Below are positions 18,510 to 30,500 of a stretch of DNA of 64,000 nt, in pieces. This DNA is from Candidatus Latescibacterota bacterium (lineage in GTDB: Bacteria; Latescibacterota; UBA2968; UBA8231), in the NCBI GenBank assembly GCA_965215195.1, contig CBDCDC010000002.1, positions 832,001 to 896,000 of the forward strand, written 5' to 3'. Every line of letters begins with the position of its first letter. The stretch's first letter is position 1. The notes under the pieces were generated by a model. That model was not told the DNA's origin and did not search any database. It was given only the letters and a program-made list of their open reading frames with translations. The translations under genes and the position numbers were made by a program.

Positions 18510-20780
18510 TCAGTAGGCCAAAGCGATGATTTTGGTCGTCCCCTGCGTCTGCGCATCGCCTTGCACTTCAACGCGTAAAATGTAGTTCCCCGGCGCGGCT
18601 AGCTGCCCGGATTCGGCCCGGCCATCCCAACTCAACGCTATCGGCCCGGCTATTTGCTGCTGGTCGTGCAGCACTCGGACTTTTCGTCCGCTCAGGTCGT
18701 AGAGTGCCACATGCAGCAAGCGGGGCTGGAGGACGTTCAACAGGGCGAACTCTATCCGCAGCCAATCGCCGATACCATCCCCGTTGGGGGTCACGAGTGC
18801 GGCCGACAACGCAAGCCCGTCGATCAAGGCCGGGCCGACTGGCAGCGACACGGCGATCGCGTCGCTGGCAACCGCGTCGCTGGCATCGCCCACATCCACC
18901 CGTTGCCTTATCTGTTGCTCTCCCCGGCCACTGGCCAAGAACGCCTCGAAAGGCATCTGTTGGCGGTATATCGTGCTGGCGAAGTCGAGCTCGATTAACC
19001 CGGCGCGGACGAATGGGTCGGCAAAGGCGATATCCAACCCACCATCCACTCGGATGACCTCCGCGTCCAATACCCGCCCCGCAGCGCGTATCTCGCCCAG
19101 CTCAATGTCTGCTCCTGAACGCATGAGCAACTGATCGAAACCCGTGCTGCCGGCCCCTGCATCCCAACCAAGATAATAGGTGAACTCGGTGCGCTGCCCT
19201 GGTTGGGCCTCGAGCGGGTCGATCTCGGCGCGCGTTGCCGCGGCCAAAGGCTCGTCGTAGCTGAGGACCAGCTCGTCGAGGATCGCTCCCTGCATGGGGT
19301 CGTCGCTGAGGAAATGGGCCTGCAATTGGACGAAACGCCGCGGCGTCGGCGAGAGAAACCCCCGCTCCGACCGCTCGTACGCTTGGCTCCAGATGCTCCA
19401 GTCCTCGCCGGGGGAACGCACGGTATCGATGCGGCCTTTGAAACTGGGTATGAGCTTGTTGTACTTCCTTTGGGTTACTTCCCTGCCGTTTTTGTCGTGG
19501 AAGACGTATAATTCCTGCAATAGATTGCCCGTCCGCGAGCGAATTTCTACGCGAGTCCCTTCCCAACTCAACGCCGTGGCATTGCGCACCGCCCCCAGAT
19601 CGTAGATCGGGGATTGCATGATGGTGCCGGCCGGATACCCCTCGCCAAAGACCTGAAATTCGGCTGTCGTGCCGGTGATGCAACACTGCCTGTTCGGATA
19701 GCGCATCCGCAGATAGCGCAGCGGCCGGAGCGAGAACTGCTCTTCAAAGTGGACGATATCGCGCAAGTTGCGGGGGTGTTCGGGCAATTCCCCCAAGACC
19801 TGCCAGCGCAGCGACCCGTCCGGTGCCAGCGATCCGTCCGACCCCCAGAGGATATACCAAGGGAAGTGGATGGCGTTGCGCCGGGTCCAGCGCCAGTCAA
19901 CGCTGCTCGGGGCGATGCCGGCCAGATCGCCCAAAATCCGCACCCGATCCACCCAGTACAGGGCCCCCAAATCAAAGGTGAATTCGGTGTCGCCCGGTTG
20001 GGAAAACCCCCAGTAGCGCCAACTCGACGCGATATCGCCGTCGATCAGGGCATTGCTATTGCCGGTTGACTCGTAGCCTTCGGCCCGCGTACCGATTTCG
20101 TTGAGGATATCGACCCGGCCGCCGCGTTCCCGCATCCCCAGCGAGATATTGTCCCCCACGGCCTCCACTGCAAGTGCGCTGATCCCGGCCCCGGCCGTGG
20201 GCAAATCTACTTGGATGCGGATGAATTGCAGCGGTTTAAGGCCGTATTCGATGACCAATTCCCGCTGCTGGTTAAAGCTGTAGCGGACGCGATCGCTATA
20301 GCGCACAGTACTCGGCAGGGGCAGGCCGGTCGAATCAAAAAAGCGCTCGCCATTGGACAGCAAGACCTGCAAAAACTCCAGCTGCGGCTCCCTGAGTTGC
20401 AAGACCACGCGCTGCGCGGAAACGACGCGGCCCAGATCGACCTCAACGTACATGTTCTCGGGATCGTCGTCCCAATCGGGTGCCCAGAAGCTGCCCAAGT
20501 TCCCATCGATCAGGTTGCCGGCAGCACCGCGGTTGGAGCCTGCGGCGCGGATGCCGCCGCCGAAATCCCCCGCATTGGCGACCGCGTCGATATCTCGCCG
20601 CACGAATCTGGGACCGGCTTTCCCACGGCTGATTTCGATTGCGTCGCCGGGCCGCTGCCACGCATTCCAATCCGCGCTGGTCCCGATCCGCAGTTTTTCG
20701 CCTGCCGCGGCTGAATATGCCATGCCGCAGAGCAGCACGGCCCAAAGGGCAGATCCCAACTGGCGTTGACTTTTCATCAC
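18510..20780 (-). CDS. Exported protein with discoidin-like domains and C-terminal FlgD Ig-like domain
   Basis: Signal peptide; LIDG..SFW and VDLG repeats; TPNGDGIGD..LYDLSGRKVR..WDGRAESG..PGNYI. Confidence 0.82.
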   Translation of the reverse strand: MMKSQRQLGSALWAVLLCGMAYSAAAGEKLRIGTSADWNAWQRPGDAIEISRGKAGPRFVRRDIDAVANAGDFGGGIRAAGSNRGAAGNLIDGNLGSFWAPDWDDDPENMYVEVDLGRVVSAQRVVLQLREPQLEFLQVLLSNGERFFDSTGLPLPSTVRYSDRVRYSFNQQRELVIEYGLKPLQFIRIQVDLPTAGAGISALAVEAVGDNISLGMRERGGRVDILNEIGTRAEGYESTGNSNALIDGDIASSWRYWGFSQPGDTEFTFDLGALYWVDRVRILGDLAGIAPSSVDWRWTRRNAIHFPWYILWGSDGSLAPDGSLRWQVLGELPEHPRNLRDIVHFEEQFSLRPLRYLRMRYPNRQCCITGTTAEFQVFGEGYPAGTIMQSPIYDLGAVRNATALSWEGTRVEIRSRTGNLLQELYVFHDKNGREVTQRKYNKLIPSFKGRIDTVRSPGEDWSIWSQAYERSERGFLSPTPRRFVQLQAHFLSDDPMQGAILDELVLSYDEPLAAATRAEIDPLEAQPGQRTEFTYYLGWDAGAGSTGFDQLLMRSGADIELGEIRAAGRVLDAEVIRVDGGLDIAFADPFVRAGLIELDFASTIYRQQMPFEAFLASGRGEQQIRQRVDVGDASDAVASDAIAVSLPVGPALIDGLALSAALVTPNGDGIGDWLRIEFALLNVLQPRLLHVALYDLSGRKVRVLHDQQQIAGPIALSWDGRAESGQLAAPGNYILRVEVQGDAQTQGTTKIIALAY

Positions 20781-23700
20781 GACGAGAGCTTAACGGAACG
20801 CGGCCTAGTCTTGCCCTCGCAAAAGTACAGGGCCTTGAATCGGTCCATTTGTTTGATTTTGTCGATCAATACTCGTTCCTGCTGCGAGCTCGACACATTC
20901 CGTACAAGCGACTTGGCATCCGCTTGGGTCAATCGCAAAACGAGATAGTTGGCGATGGCCGAAAATACCGAGACGTCGAAGTCCTTCGCCTCCTGCGAGG
21001 CAAGCACTAGCGAAATACCGTACTTCCGGCACTCTTTTGCCATGGTGGGAATGAGCTTTAACCCTGCGGCCCGGTGCGCCTCATCGAAAATCAAGGTGTG
21101 CGTAATTCGATCTTGGATGCCTCTGCGGAACATGTCCTTGTAGAGACCGTAAAACACCAACGACGCAAAAGCCCGCTGAAGGTTGTCATTCTGAGTCGTG
21201 TGAATCCGCATGACGGTCGGCTGCTCGCTCTCCCACAAGCTGCTGTGGGACTCGCGGAGATTGAAGAACCCGTAGTCTTCAAGTTCTTCCAACCGCGCAA
21301 GCAGCGTCCGCAACCCGCGGTCTGGTTTTGGATCGCCGCGCAGAATCTCGACGAAGCGATTGAACGGCGGTTCCTGCAAATCCGCGGCCGCCGCGTTGGC
21401 GTTTCCCCAGCCCAGCTCAACGAAGCTGTCCTTAATGGCTCCCCGAATGCGCTCGGCCTGAATGTCGCCGAGTTCCGGGTAGATCGCCGCGAAAATATCC
21501 CGCATCGCACCCGCCACGTCGAGATGCGCCATCCGAGATCCTCGATCAACCACCTCCAGCGGGTTGAAGCCCAAACCATCAAAATCGATGAACCGAACCG
21601 CCGACTGCCCAAGTCGCTCGTCAATGTCCTGATGATAGGAAAAGACGATCGGGCGAATACCGGCTGCCATCATCTGATTGCACAGGTTCAGCAGGCAGGT
21701 AGTCTTGCCCATACCGGGCAGCCCCGCTATCAGAAGGTGGGGGTTGCCCTGTACGGTCAGCGGCCATCGAACTTCTTCGTTGGTCGAGGGATCGGTGCCG
21801 AAACAGATCGAGGGTACAGCTTCCGTTTCTCCCCCGATGGCTTCTAGCTGGTCAACGGATATTGCTGGTGCCCCCCTTGCGGCGTCCTGCTTCGACGACA
21901 GCCGATCCTCCGCTTCAGGGGGGCTGGTGGTCATTTCACCGCGAAAATCCAAGTCCGGCAGCAGGTTAGGACCGCATAGGAATACCTGCGTACTCCGATT
22001 GTCCGGAGAAATTTTCAACGGACTCGCCCCGGCATACTCGGGGCAAAACACCCAGCCGCGGTCTCCGCTTTCGTCTGCGTCCAGCCTGTAGTCGCCGCCC
22101 TTTGCGATCATGCGGTCAAGATCGGCCACAAGCTCGGCATACCGCGCCGCCGGTAAATAGTGCCTACGCGCCTTGTCTGCATAGAAGCGCAGTACCCGGG
22201 CCAGCTTGGCCCGACGCACCGCTCTGAACGCTGAGCACACTTCATGTGCATACCAGTCGTTCCAACGCTTGCGCAGCACAGCGGTCTGTTCCCGAATGCG
22301 GCGCAAAAGGTCCGGGGACCTTGCAGCGCGTAGATCCCGACGGTACTTGACCTCGACGAAACGGAACATCAGTCCCTTTCTCGGTGCCGTGGTCACATAC
22401 ATCAAGTCCGGGCGCACCTCCTTCTCATCGCCGTCCTCGTCCATCAACGGCGGCAAGAGATCTCGAACATCATCGACGGGCACGATGAAACCGCGCTCCA
22501 GCGATACCCAGCATGGATCCGTCTCCTGCGCCTGCTGGCAATTGGCCTGCGAAACGGCGAGCGCGATCAACTCCGAAGTCGGCGGTTTGTCTCCAGTGAG
22601 GCGAATGGCGAGCCGGCCGCTGAGGGCCTTCAGATGCTCCAAGAGGAATTCCGCGTTGCGACGGCTGCGGCTGAGCCCCATCTGCTCCAAGGCACCATCA
22701 AGCAGGACGCGTACCTCCTCCAAATTGCTAGTAGAGGTAATTAGCTGTAAGCAGCCTAAGTCCTCCCGTTCTGGAACGCAGTCAATCACGTACGCATCGT
22801 AGATTGCCCGATTGTCCCGCGGGGAATCGAAGTACTCAATGCCGGCGTTCCGGTCCAGCGTGATAACCCAATCGCAAAGCCGGTGGAGCTTCTTGAGACC
22901 ATCCTCCTTTTCCCGCGAGACCGCTGTGTACAGCACTGGCAGCTTTCCATTCTCAGCACCAGCATGTCGCGCCACAGTGCCCTGTATGGCGCGTTGCAAG
23001 TCCTCCAAGCGTTTAGTATGGGCGCGGTCCGCCGGATGCCTTTCGCCATCTTTCGCCAGCGCGACCGTACTGCGCCATAGCGGCGAGGGCTTGGCGGCGA
23101 AGTCGCGCTGGTAGAACGAAAGCAGGCCAAACGCATGGAACGTCCCGTCGTTTGGCCTTTCTCGCTCGTCCGGCCTTACCTGCGACTCGAATGTGTCAAA
23201 CGCGACGGCAACGTGGGCTGCGGTCTTCGGGTCAAGCCCATTCTTGCGTGCCCAGCGCAACCTCGGCATGTTCACGCCGCCGGGCAGACTCACGGATTCG
23301 AGCATCCACTGATCGTCGGTTGACACCACCCCAGCACCACTGCGCCGCCGTTCCCGCGCCTCGGCAATGAACCGCCCGGCAATTCCGCGCTGTTCCTCAG
23401 AAGGATACATTTCCAGCGAGAAGACGGGTGCCTCGGAAGCACCCTCGTCATCGGCCCAGCGCAGGCGGTCGTGGACGAGGCCCAAAGACCGGGCAATAGT
23501 CAGACCATCTCCCGCCCGAAGGGCGTGAACGCGGAGTAGGGGGGACGTGTTGTGGCAGTCCAAGTACTTGACGATCTCGTCGCCGACCACCTCTGCGCTC
23601 TGTCCCCCTACCGTTGGGGCGGCGTCCATGGACTCACCCTCCCCCAGCGCACGGGCGAGAATCGCCACCGCCGCCTTGGGCTCCTTGTCCGTGTCCGGGA

Positions 23701-25699
23701 CCATGCCGACCGCATGAAAGCCGAGGGTATCCGCAAAGACAAACGATCCGCCGGTTCGATTCGGGAGAAAGGCCGGGAACATGGCACCGTCCAAGCACTG
23801 GAACTCGTCTCTTACGTCTTTTGCCTTTTGAGCCTGCTCGAAGGCCGCGTGGAAAACGAGATTGTCATACGCTGCATGCCATGCGACGCGCAACGGGTGC
23901 ATCGGCAGGACGATGAGGCCAATCATCCGCCCGGCAAGGGACCGCACCTCCACGGTGTTGCACAGGGCCAAAGATGGATCGCCGCTCTCCAACAATGCAG
24001 TCCAAGCGCGGAGGAACTCTTTAACCGAATCAAACGCTTTCGCCTTATCGTCATATACATGGCCCACCACCCCGCCATCCTTGTGGATGCGAGCCGCCAA
24101 TCTTCGGCTCGCCACGGTGGCTTTCTTCCATGTCTTCCCTCTACCCTCATGGCGAATGAACTCCACGTCTCCCGCTCGGGCACCGGACGCACGGACCTTG
24201 ACGCGCCAATACCCAATCGCTCCACCGCGCTCCATCCACTGCTTTTCCACGTCGCGGATCAGCGGCGGACAAGGCACGCGAAAACTCAACCGTTTTGTCT
24301 CTACGGATGTGCGCAACAGCACCAAGTTTCTCTTCTCATCAAAGCTGAAATTCGCCGAACTGTCGGCGATGGTGGACACGCTCTCCCGCTCATCGAGTTC
24401 GACCAAGCCCTCGCTAAACGCACGGACCTTGCGGCCCGCCCCGCCGGCGCTCTTTTCGGGTGGCTCGCCAAAGCGGATAATGAATTCCTCGCTCTCTTGC
24501 GGTTCGACCGCTTCGTTGCCCACCGCGGAAACCACCACTTTGGCGGAGACCAGAGAGTCCTCGTTTAGCGATGAGAAGTCGTCATTACTGAACCGGCACT
24601 TCTCCCCTCCTCTACGCGCCGAGTGACTCACGTCGCGCACGGCCAGCTCTTCGTCCGCACCGGCTACTACGGCAATGCGGTACTCCACCGCGTTCTTTTC
24701 TAAGTTGCCGGGCCGCACCTTCCAGCGGATCTCCAGATTCTTATAGTCAGCCGACGACGCAGCTTCGGGCTTCAGGATCAGAACCGGGGGTTGCTCATTC
24801 GCTTCTCCAGGGAATAGTCCAGCGGATTCCTCAACCAATCCCGACCACTTGGCGATTGCGCCGTTCCGGGTGCGCCAAGGCGTCAGTTCAATGGATTCGA
24901 TGTCATCGGCATTCTCTATCCGCAATTTACCGACCCACAGGTGCTTCTTGTCGGCCAGCGTCGCCAACGCCGACAGCAGCGGTTGGGTTTCTGCGGTATG
25001 CAGGAAAACTGCGAGATCGCGGCGTTGCTCGTCCGTCGGCTGCGAAAGCCGCAGCGACTCAATGCGCGCCGGGATGGTCTGCCCAGAAGCCGCCGTTCCC
25101 AGCAGGTGATCTACAAACCGGCGCGAGTCGTCTAAGGTACTCTCGTCTGTAATGGGCCACAGGCCGAGCAGGTGAAGATACGCGCCGGGATGCCGGTTGT
25201 GCGCCGCAATGCGGCAGAGGAAGTCGAACGCGGTCCATGGCGAAACGCTGTACTGACTGCCGAATCCCTGCGCCTTTTTGATGGCTTGCTCGGCATATTG
25301 GCGATGGGCACTCGACAATCGGCGCGTCACCTCAGCAGCAGCTCGTCGCTGAGCTTCCCTGAATAGGCTTGTCTCATCCACTTCCCGCGAGGCACTGTAG
25401 ATGCCGTCCATGCCGGCGCCGGCAAGCTGGGTATCCACCAGCAGCAAGAGGGCCTCGCCTTTGGCCTCGCGCATCTCGACAGCGCGGTCCGCGGTAATGG
25501 TCCGCAGGTTGGCATCGTCCGAATCCGCTACCTGCCGAACCTGCCAATTTTGTACGCAGAAGTTGTCGTCCGCAGCGAGCTTTGTCACCACATCTGGCGT
25601 CAGGCAGCGGGCGAAGGCCATGGCCCCGGGTTCGGCGCGGCCCAGCACCTTCTCAAACGCCCGCCCGAGTACTTGCCCATGTAGTTTGCTCCACTCCAT
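20777..25699 (-). CDS. MAD8/DndH-like protein: PD-(D/E)xK nuclease plus C-terminal HerA/FtsK ATPase
   Basis: RPDLMYV..FVEVKY nuclease motif; PHLLIAGLPGMGKT Walker A; LIFDEAHR Walker B; ECRKYGISLVLASQ; 1640 aa. Confidence 0.8.
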   Translation of the reverse strand: MEWSKLHGQVLGRAFEKVLGRAEPGAMAFARCLTPDVVTKLAADDNFCVQNWQVRQVADSDDANLRTITADRAVEMREAKGEALLLLVDTQLAGAGMDGIYSASREVDETSLFREAQRRAAAEVTRRLSSAHRQYAEQAIKKAQGFGSQYSVSPWTAFDFLCRIAAHNRHPGAYLHLLGLWPITDESTLDDSRRFVDHLLGTAASGQTIPARIESLRLSQPTDEQRRDLAVFLHTAETQPLLSALATLADKKHLWVGKLRIENADDIESIELTPWRTRNGAIAKWSGLVEESAGLFPGEANEQPPVLILKPEAASSADYKNLEIRWKVRPGNLEKNAVEYRIAVVAGADEELAVRDVSHSARRGGEKCRFSNDDFSSLNEDSLVSAKVVVSAVGNEAVEPQESEEFIIRFGEPPEKSAGGAGRKVRAFSEGLVELDERESVSTIADSSANFSFDEKRNLVLLRTSVETKRLSFRVPCPPLIRDVEKQWMERGGAIGYWRVKVRASGARAGDVEFIRHEGRGKTWKKATVASRRLAARIHKDGGVVGHVYDDKAKAFDSVKEFLRAWTALLESGDPSLALCNTVEVRSLAGRMIGLIVLPMHPLRVAWHAAYDNLVFHAAFEQAQKAKDVRDEFQCLDGAMFPAFLPNRTGGSFVFADTLGFHAVGMVPDTDKEPKAAVAILARALGEGESMDAAPTVGGQSAEVVGDEIVKYLDCHNTSPLLRVHALRAGDGLTIARSLGLVHDRLRWADDEGASEAPVFSLEMYPSEEQRGIAGRFIAEARERRRSGAGVVSTDDQWMLESVSLPGGVNMPRLRWARKNGLDPKTAAHVAVAFDTFESQVRPDERERPNDGTFHAFGLLSFYQRDFAAKPSPLWRSTVALAKDGERHPADRAHTKRLEDLQRAIQGTVARHAGAENGKLPVLYTAVSREKEDGLKKLHRLCDWVITLDRNAGIEYFDSPRDNRAIYDAYVIDCVPEREDLGCLQLITSTSNLEEVRVLLDGALEQMGLSRSRRNAEFLLEHLKALSGRLAIRLTGDKPPTSELIALAVSQANCQQAQETDPCWVSLERGFIVPVDDVRDLLPPLMDEDGDEKEVRPDLMYVTTAPRKGLMFRFVEVKYRRDLRAARSPDLLRRIREQTAVLRKRWNDWYAHEVCSAFRAVRRAKLARVLRFYADKARRHYLPAARYAELVADLDRMIAKGGDYRLDADESGDRGWVFCPEYAGASPLKISPDNRSTQVFLCGPNLLPDLDFRGEMTTSPPEAEDRLSSKQDAARGAPAISVDQLEAIGGETEAVPSICFGTDPSTNEEVRWPLTVQGNPHLLIAGLPGMGKTTCLLNLCNQMMAAGIRPIVFSYHQDIDERLGQSAVRFIDFDGLGFNPLEVVDRGSRMAHLDVAGAMRDIFAAIYPELGDIQAERIRGAIKDSFVELGWGNANAAAADLQEPPFNRFVEILRGDPKPDRGLRTLLARLEELEDYGFFNLRESHSSLWESEQPTVMRIHTTQNDNLQRAFASLVFYGLYKDMFRRGIQDRITHTLIFDEAHRAAGLKLIPTMAKECRKYGISLVLASQEAKDFDVSVFSAIANYLVLRLTQADAKSLVRNVSSSQQERVLIDKIKQMDRFKALYFCEGKTRPRSVKLSS

Positions 25700-25700
25700 A

Positions 25701-27506
25701 TCAGTTCTCCATCGCCAGCTTGAAGCGAGGTTCCAACCGCTTCATGGCTTCTGCATCGTTGACGCCCACCAAAAGCCCTAAGTCGCGCAGCCGCCGCTCC
25801 AGAATCGTGCGATTCCTTTGCAGCAATTCGTTGGAGATCGTCATTCCCTCCGGGGCAGTATCCACGTGGAATCCATAGCGTTCGCGTAACACTTCGAGAA
25901 ATTCCCTGAACGAGAGGGGGCGGACGCCCGGTTTGTTGCCGCTTTTCAACAAGTGAAGATGCACCAGATAGTCCAGCACCGAATCAGTGAACACGAGGGA
26001 ACGAACGTCGCGTTTCCGGCGCGTTGTGCTGGCGCCTAGACCGCGCGTCGTCGTCCGCCTAGCCGCCAGCCCGTTCGGTCGCCCGGTGAGCAAGCTCGAG
26101 TCAATCATCGACATGAAATTGCTACGAGGCTTCCACCCCATTAGCACCATCAAGCCATCGGCAAGCCGCCAGACCGGGTTTTCTTGGCTGGTATCGTTAT
26201 CCAGAATTTCCGCGGCCTCGGGGTAGCCATCCGCTAGTCCCTCGGCCAGTTTGTCGGCATCGTCTTCTATCCTGTCCAAAATTCTTCGTGCTTGCGGATG
26301 GCGGTCGTGCAGCAAGCCCCCCAATAGATTCAGCCAATCCGTGGCATAAGGTCGGGTAGCAATATCCTCCTTTTTGATTCTTTTATTGTCCCGCGCCCGA
26401 TAGTCCAATAGCCGCAATACCATTAAAAGGACGGGAAAACGCTCCATACGCCGCATGTAGTCGTCCATTGACTGCTCGGCCGCATCCCGAATGCTTCGCT
26501 CAACCCCATTAGAGCAATCCATGAACAAAGGGGCGGGCCGCTGTTCTTCGCGAGCTGGGACAGTGCCGGTCTCCGACCACCGCAACAACAGCTCGACTGC
26601 GCTGGTAAGAATAGTCGTCAGACCTATGGCAATACACGATTCCAGCATCTCTACTAAAGCGTGTCGTGGCATCGGGACTGCATACGAACGCACGAAGCGG
26701 CGAATATCATCGGAGAAATTCCGCGCCGCTTCCTCTGCTATGGGGCGTTGATTGGAGATGGGACCTGCTTCCTTGCCCCGCATCTTGTCGGGTGCCCTAC
26801 CAATCTGCTGAGCGAGTCGGATCATCAACAGTTGGTCCAAGCCAACGGTTTCGTCTTCCTCCTTGAACCGATCCGATGCCAAGTCACTCGAGACCGCTCC
26901 CTCGCGGGTAACGCCTTGGCTGAAGCCATTCAACAAAACGTTCTCCTCGTACTTATTCCCCACAGGAAACCACGTTAGCTTTTTATTTTCGCTCTGTCCG
27001 ACATATTCGCCCTTCTGATCGGCCAGCATGGCAACGATCATTTCGGGAACGTAGCGAAGATCCGACACAGATTGTGGAAGATCTATCCAAGTCGCCATGT
27101 AATGGGCTGGCGCGACCCGCTGGATTTGCTGGTCGCGACCGAGATTGTGCTTGGTATTTTCGAGACAGAAACAGAGTAGTAGATCGCCGAGGATGGACTT
27201 CTCGGTTTCCTCGTCGAAACCATCAAACTCTGCCTTGCCGGACAGTGTCTCCGTGACGCGCTCAATGGTCGCCGATCTCCTTATTTGACTAGGCGAGCTA
27301 TTTTTATCGCCGAAGGTCTTTAGAAAATTTCCACCACCTCTGCGTTGACCAAAGCGGAACATATAAAAAACTGCCGGAAGGACTGCGGAAAGTTCAAACC
27401 CATCAATCGAGACTGGCAGTACTTTGTGATAATTACCCGACCATATTTCTCGGGTCATACCGGGGGACAACACTTCTTCGACGAGTTTGCGGGCATTATC
27501 GGCCAT
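25701..27506 (-). CDS. MAD7/DndG-like protein
   Basis: 601 aa between the kinase-ATPase and HerA genes; C-terminal FLEVLRERYG..LERRLRDLGLLVGVNDA resembles the DndG/MAD7 tail. Confidence 0.65.
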   Translation of the reverse strand: MADNARKLVEEVLSPGMTREIWSGNYHKVLPVSIDGFELSAVLPAVFYMFRFGQRRGGGNFLKTFGDKNSSPSQIRRSATIERVTETLSGKAEFDGFDEETEKSILGDLLLCFCLENTKHNLGRDQQIQRVAPAHYMATWIDLPQSVSDLRYVPEMIVAMLADQKGEYVGQSENKKLTWFPVGNKYEENVLLNGFSQGVTREGAVSSDLASDRFKEEDETVGLDQLLMIRLAQQIGRAPDKMRGKEAGPISNQRPIAEEAARNFSDDIRRFVRSYAVPMPRHALVEMLESCIAIGLTTILTSAVELLLRWSETGTVPAREEQRPAPLFMDCSNGVERSIRDAAEQSMDDYMRRMERFPVLLMVLRLLDYRARDNKRIKKEDIATRPYATDWLNLLGGLLHDRHPQARRILDRIEDDADKLAEGLADGYPEAAEILDNDTSQENPVWRLADGLMVLMGWKPRSNFMSMIDSSLLTGRPNGLAARRTTTRGLGASTTRRKRDVRSLVFTDSVLDYLVHLHLLKSGNKPGVRPLSFREFLEVLRERYGFHVDTAPEGMTISNELLQRNRTILERRLRDLGLLVGVNDAEAMKRLEPRFKLAMEN

Positions 27507-30500
27507 TTGTTATCTCCTCCAGTCGCCGAATGATCATCTGTTGCTGAACGCCAGCATCGGCCCCTTCGACGATCTCCGCAGCAACCTCGTAGGTCGCCTC
27601 GTCCTGCATTGGATTCCAAGCCAGCACCGTGCGATCATCCTCGCGCACCAACCGCTGCACAAAGATCGACAAGTGAGCAAAGGTGTCGTCGGTCGAAACA
27701 TCGCCCAACTGATAGCCTTCACTCAGTTCCAAAAGCAGGTGAAACAGATCGGCACCGAGGCGGAGCCGCTCTTCGCCCCCATCCCGATAGCGGTAGATTA
27801 GAAGGGCTTGGCGATGCAGCCGGTCGAGTCCTTCGGCTTCGGCTGGCAGATCAGGTTCAAGCCGAAAGTTGCTCAGTGGCTTCTCCACCCAGAACGCGGT
27901 TTCCGTCGGCGTCCGCGGCGTGATGCGTAGCGGGACCACATCAGGGCGGTCAAGTGCTTGCGGCGGCAGACTTTCCAAGCGCGCAATCCCCTCGCACAGC
28001 CTGCGGCAAAGATCGTCGCGATCACCTTCGGCGATTGGGAGATTGCTGAACTCCCGATAATGCCGCGCTTGGGCCAAGCCGAGGGCGTGAGCATCGCCGA
28101 CAAGCTCATTGAGGTCGTCTGCGGTCCATTCAAAGTAGGCCCGCCGCCGCGCTTCTTTTAGCGTCAACCCCGGATAGTGGGGTGCCCCTTTAGAGGTATC
28201 AACAGAGGGGGTTCGCAGCAGGTGCCGATCAATCTGCGGATGGGCTTCGAGGGCCGGATCAAAGCGAATTAGCTCTTGCAAGACTTCGCCCTGTCGTCCC
28301 GACGACTCCGGCGCAAAGGCGCGTTCCCAATAGGGCAACGGAGCGTCCGCACCGTTGTGATAGTCGCTACAGAAGTGGACGCCGAACAGGATATAGACCA
28401 GTGCGGCCCGCAGCTCGCGGACCGTGATGTGAGTTTCGCCGCGCAGGTGAACGGCTTGCAACATCTCAAACAGCCGCTGCCGAGCGCGTGTACGCTCATC
28501 TTGCGGGGCCATGCCGGGAAGCCCTTGGGGGCCAAATCGCCGCATGGCGCGGCGGACCTCGCAGCGATCTTGGGCCGAACACGTCTCGCAAGGTGCCCAA
28601 TGCTGGGCGGCCTTCTTCCGGCCGTAGAGGCTGTCTAGCAAATCCTCGAGAAAGCCGGTTTCAATGTGCGATTCGCTCGGCACCACGCTTCCAACAAGCG
28701 ACCGTTGATTGAGGCTGATGAAGCGGATGTGTGATTCGGGGGCGGCTTCCTCTCTGTCGAGCAAGCCGTAGAGAGCCTGTGTCAACGGCGTTTCACTTTC
28801 GACTCTCTCAATCCACTCCAAAAGACGCCCATCGTTGATCGCCAGCAGATGGACGATGGCCTCGTCGGGCACGCCCTGTTGAAACGGCTCCAAGAATTCA
28901 TCCAAAAGCTCATCGGCAGAACGTCCCTGCCACGCCGCCGACCCATCGAGATTCATGCGGACGATCAGGCCATCCTCCATCCGATTCTCCAGAATGCGCT
29001 CTGAGGAATTGTGTATGCCAAACCCAAGACGACCGGCAAGGTGCTGGAGCAACGCGGTTTTCCCGTCGCCGGCGTTGCCACACAGGATGACGAGCCGAAC
29101 TTTTCGACGCAGAATGTCGCCATACAGTGCATCTTCGAGCTTGGTTTCAACGTAGGTTTGCGCGGCGAAGTCCGTGTCGAGGCCTCGGGTTTCGCTGTTT
29201 CCCCAGCGAGAGCCGGGGTAGGATTGCAGCAAGAATTGCAGCCAAGGCACTTCGTTCTCACGACGAACAGGAGGTTCCGCTGGTGGCTCGGATTCATCGG
29301 CACTTTCGGCCTCAGTGGCCGCGGGTGGACTCAAAGCAGCCTTTGCTTCGGCCGCAGACGCAAATCGCTGCACCGGGTCGGGATTCGTCGCCTGATCCAG
29401 AAATGCGGCAACGGTCGGGTACGCCGTGCGCTCGACGCCATCCCAATTCAAGCCGCGTTCCTTGGCCCGGCTGCCGTCGTACATAAACGGCTCTTTCTCG
29501 AAAAGCACCTGAAAGAAGCTGGCGGCCAACGCGAAGAAGTCGTCCGCAGGAGCGGCCGGGCGGTCTTTGAGATGAGTATGCGAGCTATACATGACGGTGC
29601 CGGGAGCGGCGACCGGCTCATCGAGCTTGGCTACACAGTCGTAGTCCGTCAAAACAATATCGCCGTTGGCAACGATCATGTTGCGCGGGCTGACGTCGCC
29701 ATGCACCAAGCCGTTGCCATGCAGAACGTCCAACGCAGCGCAAACCGCGTACAGCCAACGCAAAGCTAGTGCTTCCCCGGACTCTTCGTGGAAGTCTTCA
29801 GCAAGGATCGGGAGGACGCCGGCAAGTTCGCTCAAGGGTTCGCCTTCGATCCACCGCATCAATGCAACAAAGCAGTTGTCGCGCCACTCGTCCGCCGTTT
29901 CAAATATGGTCGAAAGCGCGGCCGAATCAGCGAGGTGCGAATGCGCCAAGTTGTACGCCCGCAGAACTCGCTCGCCGGTTCTTTTGTCCCCCACAACCTT
30001 GGCGACGTAGGCACCGAGATCCCCGCCGGTCGCGCCATCGATCCGCACCACCTTGAACGTGGTTCCGACCCCTCCCGAACCGAGACGCGAAACGATCCGG
30101 TAATCCCGGCCGCGAAATTTCACAACCTGATCTTCGGTCCAGAATCGGGCCGGTGGCGCAACGACAGCCGGCGGTTCGCCCAGCAGGGCCGACAATGAGT
30201 CGCGGAGTTTTTCCAATGTAGCTCGCTCCGCCCGATCGTCCGCCTTACCCTCGGCCAGCACCATGCTAGCCTCGTCTCGTTCCGCGAACAGCACGGACAG
30301 ACTGGCGCACAACGAATACACATCGGACTGACGATCCGCCGCCCCAAGGCCCTGTTTGCGAATCTCGGGGGCCACCGCAACGTCCCACTCGTCTTCTTCT
30401 ACCTCGGAGACCGCCACCGTGACGTCTGCGGGAATCCGGGCGTACTGGAGACCCGTCAAGATCGGCGTGTTGTCATGTCTGACGAGAATCGTGCCCGGCG

